Made by a program: the position numbers and the translations under genes. A DNA stretch of 36,139 bases, taken from NCBI GenBank assembly GCA_016839445.1, contig JAEOUG010000125.1, forward strand, positions 1 to 36,139, given 5' to 3'. The notes beneath the pieces were generated by a model that was not told where the DNA came from, did no database searches, and saw nothing but the letters and a program-made list of their open reading frames with translations. Positions 33,731 through 36,139 of the stretch are shown piece by piece (the stretch's first letter is position 1; the number at the start of each line of letters is the position of its first letter). This DNA is from Candidatus Thorarchaeota archaeon (GTDB lineage: Archaea > Asgardarchaeota > Thorarchaeia > Thorarchaeales > Thorarchaeaceae).

Positions 33731-34951
33731 TCAGTCCATTCTCACGCTGAGAATGGCCAAGACCAAGGCAGCTCCAACGATACCAATGATGACGCCAAGT
33801 CGCCAGTCGAATCCGAAACCACCAGCTGAACCCGGGTCAACTGCTGAAGCCAGGATGTTTCTGGCGTTGCCCAAGTAGTTGAGGCTCTCGACGGCGCAGG
33901 AGGCAAGAACCAGGTTCCCGGTTTCGAGTCCGGGGATGTTGGCCCATGCTCCATCTTCGCTCTGGCAGTTCAGAAGGAAACTCTGCGCGATTGACTGATT
34001 GAGCTCCTCAGTGCCCAGAAGGAGGTCTAATGCCTTCATGGCCCAGTACGTGGTCTTCAGGTTTGGATCTTCAGTCTGGTTGGTCTCTTCGAAGCCTCCG
34101 ATGAATTCAGGCGCTGGAGCTGCTGTGATCTGACGATCAAGTATCCAGTTCTTCATTGCATCAATATCTGGATATGTTTGAAGCTCATCGAGAATGTCTA
34201 GAGCAAGAAGTGCAGCCGAAGTCGCTGTCACACCTTCTCTGACCGATATGGGACTGAGTTTGAAGCCACTTCCGTATCTACAGCTGTCGATGAACTCGAG
34301 AGTGGCAGTCGCATTCCAGAGCCAGTTCCAGGCGTTCAAATCTTCGCCGTACATCCGGTCTAGTATCTCCATGGTTGCCAAGGCATGGTATGTGGAAACA
34401 ATATCCGGAGTCAGACTTGGTTCACTGGCAAAGCCACCGCCGACTGTCTGGGTCTTGTTGATCCACACGAGGACTGCGGTCTCGTTTATCTCAAACTGGT
34501 CAGTTCCAGGAATACCCTCCTCGTTCGACAGGGTCTCCCATAGTATCATTCCCCAGTGTGTGCGTTCAGAAGTCACTGGGCCCAGTAGGATCTCCATGAA
34601 TCCTCCATAGCGGGGTGTGTCTTCGTCTCCTGACAGCCACTGGTAGAGGGTTGTGAAGTTCATAACGCTGGCAATGTCTACCGGTGGGGGTCGATTGGCC
34701 AGGGTTCCAAGCTCATCGAATACCACTATGGCCCCGTAGGTCTCATCTACTCTGACCACTTCGTCCGCGGCCAAGTTGTAGCCGCCTCGGACCGGGTCCC
34801 ATCGGTCGTTCATATAGGATCTCAAGGAATCGTAGCGACTTGCAGCCGCGGCAGGCTGTACAGTGAATGCAGCCGCGAGAATGACAAGCGCGAAAGCCAA
34901 TGTGACTGCTCTGACCCGCTTCATAAGGACATCCCGGTCAAATCTGTTCAC
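33731..34951 (-). CDS. Exported prenyltransferase/squalene-oxidase-repeat (alpha/alpha barrel) protein with a C-terminal TM anchor
   Basis: Signal peptide ...VQPAAA; repeats of Q...GGF...P......TY.A...L.IL; C-terminal hydrophobic helix. Confidence 0.78.
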   Translation of the reverse strand: MNRFDRDVLMKRVRAVTLAFALVILAAAFTVQPAAAASRYDSLRSYMNDRWDPVRGGYNLAADEVVRVDETYGAIVVFDELGTLANRPPPVDIASVMNFTTLYQWLSGDEDTPRYGGFMEILLGPVTSERTHWGMILWETLSNEEGIPGTDQFEINETAVLVWINKTQTVGGGFASEPSLTPDIVSTYHALATMEILDRMYGEDLNAWNWLWNATATLEFIDSCRYGSGFKLSPISVREGVTATSAALLALDILDELQTYPDIDAMKNWILDRQITAAPAPEFIGGFEETNQTEDPNLKTTYWAMKALDLLLGTEELNQSIAQSFLLNCQSEDGAWANIPGLETGNLVLASCAVESLNYLGNARNILASAVDPGSAGGFGFDWRLGVIIGIVGAALVLAILSVRMD

Positions 34952-35034
34952 GTAGAGCTACCTAGCTCAGCGTGGTGAGCACCGGACCGAGGTGCAGTTA
35001 TTAACGTTTCCCCATCACAAGACTCGTACTAGGC

Positions 35035-35514
35035 ATGTGTGGTGCGTTACACCAAACGATTCATTTTCCGGGGGCGCCTAGTATGAGATCTGATGTGATG
35101 CAGCTGGGTAGAAACATGCAATGGCCGGATTGGCTAGCAGTTCTACATTTCGTTAGGTTTCCAATATGGTTGTACTGGTTCTTCTTTGTGGTCCAACAGG
35201 CTGCAGTGCTCGGAGAGTCGCAGTGGTTCATGGGGCATCCTCTCTTTGTGCTCCCGGGCCTCTACTCAGATACTCTCATTGGACATCTTCTGCTGAGACG
35301 CTATCGAGTAGCTTCCGCAGTCTCCGCCTGTGAGAACTCCATTCTCATATTCGGCGGTGTGTTGGCCTTTCCTGCCATACAGACTCTCGGGCCGCTTCTG
35401 ACTTGGACCGCGATGGGCGCTCTTAGTATGAGCTTCTTCGTCTGGCTCGGCCTTAGTATTGTTGGAGTGTTCACTACCGTCCTCGCAGCGGTTGGGTCAC
35501 TCAAGAAACGATAG
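35035..35514 (+). CDS. Hypothetical integral membrane protein (start probably later, about 35098-35116)
   Basis: Three to four hydrophobic segments; the ORF fills an otherwise empty gap. Confidence 0.5.
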   Translation: MCGALHQTIHFPGAPSMRSDVMQLGRNMQWPDWLAVLHFVRFPIWLYWFFFVVQQAAVLGESQWFMGHPLFVLPGLYSDTLIGHLLLRRYRVASAVSACENSILIFGGVLAFPAIQTLGPLLTWTAMGALSMSFFVWLGLSIVGVFTTVLAAVGSLKKR

Positions 35515-35518
35515 TGGA

Positions 35519-36139
35519 TCAGGCGTACCCTAGGGGTCCTCTCTGAATGCGTCTGACGTAGCTGTAAGCAGAGTCGGCGGCGATCGCGCCATGACCCACT
35601 GCTACCGCAATCTGCTTCATAGACTCCACCACGTCGCCCGCCGCATACACGCCGACCACGTTTGTTGCCTGCTTGTCATTGACCAAGATCTCGCCCCTCT
35701 CGTTGGTCTTCACCCCGATGCTCTTCGCAAGGGCGCTCTCGGGGTCTGAGCCGAGTGCGACAAATGCACCGTCAACCTTCAGCGTGGACTGAGCTCCAGT
35801 CTTGACATTCTCTAACTGGAGTTCCTGAATCAGGTCGTTTCCTCGGACCTCCTTGACAATGGTGTCCCAGAGAATCTCTACTTCGGAATTGAACACATAG
35901 TCTTGGACTACCTTCTCGGCGCGAAGCTCATCCCGTCGGTGAATGAGATACACCTTGCCTGTGACCTCTGCTAGATAGAGCGCCTCGGTGACAGCAGTGT
36001 TCCCACCGCCAATGACTGCCACGGTCTTGTCACGGAAGAGAGGTCCATCGCATGTGGCACAGAATGAAACACCTCTTCCAGTGAACTCATCCTCTCCCGG
36101 TATACCAAGATGGCGATGGCCTCCGCCTGTGGCGATGAT
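35519..36139 (-). CDS. trxB: Thioredoxin-disulfide reductase (5' end runs off the window)
   Basis: The frame reads IIATGG...GRGVSFCATCDGP...VIGGGNTA..EA..L...HRRD...GVYAAGDV from the window end. Confidence 0.95.
   Translation of the reverse strand: MIATGGGHRHLGIPGEDEFTGRGVSFCATCDGPLFRDKTVAVIGGGNTAVTEALYLAEVTGKVYLIHRRDELRAEKVVQDYVFNSEVEILWDTIVKEVRGNDLIQELQLENVKTGAQSTLKVDGAFVALGSDPESALAKSIGVKTNERGEILVNDKQATNVVGVYAAGDVVESMKQIAVAVGHGAIAADSAYSYVRRIQRGPLGYA

Overview
Archaeal chromosomal window, most likely from an Asgard archaeon (Thorarchaeota-like). This is an inference from archaeal GGAGG/GAGGTGA Shine-Dalgarno sites and TATA-like boxes, the archaeal thiolase/HMG-CoA synthase/DUF35 cluster, a DUF359 dephospho-CoA kinase, a TFIIB-type Zn ribbon and several eukaryote-like folds. 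Housekeeping genes: hppA, an SPFH protein, nhaA, nfnAB, nnr, a PPAT-DPCK fusion, the mevalonate entry cluster, a SAMP/ThiS protein, an asnB-like gene and a partial trxB. The centre holds a minus-strand cluster encoding a degenerate AAA protein, an Smc5/6-type SMC, a kleisin, an Nse1/3-like KITE and a Zn-ribbon-wHTH protein, divergent from a MoxR plus zincin-VWA pair. Two signals are not captured as such by the ORF track. (1) A tandem array of four paralogous 32-38 aa micro-ORFs (11764-12235) lies antisense between the kleisin and KITE genes; it has a TATA-like box, SD sites before ORFs 2-4 and a shared motif kept through synonymous codon changes. (2) nhaA has a ~250-nt highly structured leader with an anti-SD helix and competing helices, resembling a riboswitch. 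No rRNA, tRNA, CRISPR array or transposase was recognised.
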